Assembly: GCF_000196355.1 (NCBI RefSeq)
Contig: NC_007614.1
Coordinates: 2,640,001 to 2,672,000 of the forward strand
Reading direction: 5' to 3'
Source: Nitrosospira multiformis ATCC 25196
GTDB lineage: Bacteria > Pseudomonadota > Gammaproteobacteria > Burkholderiales > Nitrosomonadaceae
Length of the DNA: 32,000 nucleotides
The notes beneath the pieces were generated by a model. The model saw only the letters and a list, made by a program, of their open reading frames with translations. It did no database searches and was not told where the DNA came from. Shown piece after piece: positions 30,999 through 32,000 of the stretch (position 1 is the first letter of the stretch; each line of letters starts with the position of its first letter). Position numbers and translations under genes: made by a program.

Positions 30999-31204
30999 GA
31001 TAAATTATTAAAAAGGCGATAATTTGTCATCGCTGAGCCCTCGCTGAAGCAAAAAAAGCACATTATCTCATCAATCACACTTGTCGCTGCGTTCCCCGGA
31101 CAAAACCCGTTCAACCAGTCGACAATCAGCCCGTTGTAGAGTGTCCAGATGGATTTCTGCAGGAATACCATGGGAATGCTGGCTGACGCACCGCCTCCGA
31201 TAAT

Positions 31205-31232
31205 AAAAAACCCCGCAGCCGCGGGGTTTTTT
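31205..31232 (-). terminator. Bidirectional-type intrinsic terminator downstream of groEL
   Basis: AAAAAACCCCGC AGCC GCGGGGTTTTTT, 44 nt past the groEL stop. Confidence 0.92.
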
Positions 31233-31275
31233 ATTGCACAGCTTATTGCACGATTGGTGCAGCGGTCGGCAAACC

Positions 31276-32000
31276 TTACATGTCCATGCCGCCCATGCCA
31301 CCCATGCCACCCATACCGCCCATGCCTCCGCCCATACCGCCGCCGGCACCCTCTTCCTTGGGCACTTCCGCTACCAGCGCATCCGTGGTGAGCATCAGAC
31401 CTGCGATAGAAGCAGCATGCTGCAAGGCATAACGCGTCACTTTGGTGGGGTCGAGCACACCCATTTGAACCATGTCACCATATTCACTGCTGGCCGCGTT
31501 ATAGCCGAAGTTCTCCGTTCCTTCCAGAACCTTGTTGATGACCACGGAAGGCTCATCACCGCAGTTGGCAACGATCTGACGCAAGGGCTCTTCCAGGGCA
31601 CGCAGAACGATCTTGATTCCGGCATCCTGGTCATGGTTGTCGCCTTTCAGGTTCGACACCGCGCTACGGGTGCGCAGGAGCGCGACACCGCCGCCGGGAA
31701 CGATACCTTCTTCCACCGCAGCCCGGGTAGCATGCAACGCATCTTCCACCCGCGCTTTTTTCTCCTTCATCTCCACTTCTGTCGCAGCGCCCACTTTGAT
31801 CAACGCCACGCCGCCGGCCAGCTTCGCCACGCGCTCCTGCAGTTTCTCCTTATCGTAGTCGCTGGTCGCTTCTTCGATCTGGGCGCGGATCTGCTTCACA
31901 CGGCCTTCGATGTTCTGGGTATCCCCGGCGCCGTCGATGATGGTAGTTTCCTCCTTGCCGACTTCCACCCGCTTGGCTTGCCCCAGTTCCGCCAGGGTCG
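31276..32000 (-). CDS. groL: 60 kDa chaperonin GroEL, C-terminal part (runs off right edge)
   Basis: ...[36 protein letters not shown]...[33 protein letters not shown]...[14 protein letters not shown]; the reading frame stays open beyond 31968 to the window edge. Confidence 0.97.
   Translation of the reverse strand, partial: TLAELGQAKRVEVGKEETTIIDGAGDTQNIEGRVKQIRAQIEEATSDYDKEKLQERVAKLAGGVALIKVGAATEVEMKEKKARVEDALHATRAAVEEGIVPGGGVALLRTRSAVSNLKGDNHDQDAGIKIVLRALEEPLRQIVANCGDEPSVVINKVLEGTENFGYNAASSEYGDMVQMGVLDPTKVTRYALQHAASIAGLMLTTDALVAEVPKEEGAGGGMGGGMGGMGGMGGMGGMDM

Noticed and set aside
31071-31349. 92-aa ORF after groEL ([22 protein letters not shown]...)
   Set aside because: Out-of-frame reading of the groEL GGM repeat plus the terminator; the Trp/Val repeats reflect the frame-shifted glycine-methionine tail.
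31276-31350. Tandem GGM-encoding repeat at the groEL 3' end
   Set aside because: Normal feature of bacterial GroEL C-termini, not a novel repeat.

Overview
This window has the gene order of an ammonia-oxidising betaproteobacterium, most likely Nitrosospira-type (inference). From the left edge, the minus strand carries a complete ammonia monooxygenase cluster, transcribed amoC-amoA-amoB-amoE(orf4)-amoD(orf5)-copC-copD; copD runs off the window. The rest is mostly housekeeping. On the plus strand are priA, argH, a fructosamine-kinase-family gene and, further right, fabI. On the minus strand are prfC, a four-gene YejABEF-type peptide ABC transporter, ppiD, tRNA-Asp and tRNA-Val, hupB, lon, clpX, clpP, tig, tRNA-Leu, a YciK-like SDR, hpnD, and the 3' part of groEL at the right edge. 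I found no CRISPR array, mobile element, prophage or defence system, and no convincing wholly undescribed multi-gene system. The observations most worth checking are: (i) strong RNA secondary-structure candidates between the amo genes; (ii) an SDR that keeps the fold motifs but has lost the catalytic Ser and Tyr; (iii) a 10-nt poly-C tract inside prfC; (iv) a near-consensus sigma-32-type promoter in front of lon; (v) a substrate-binding protein with both a lipobox-like N-terminus and a C-terminal transmembrane anchor; (vi) tandem AmoE/AmoD paralogs of equal length. All family assignments come from recognising motifs in the sequence. No database search was run.
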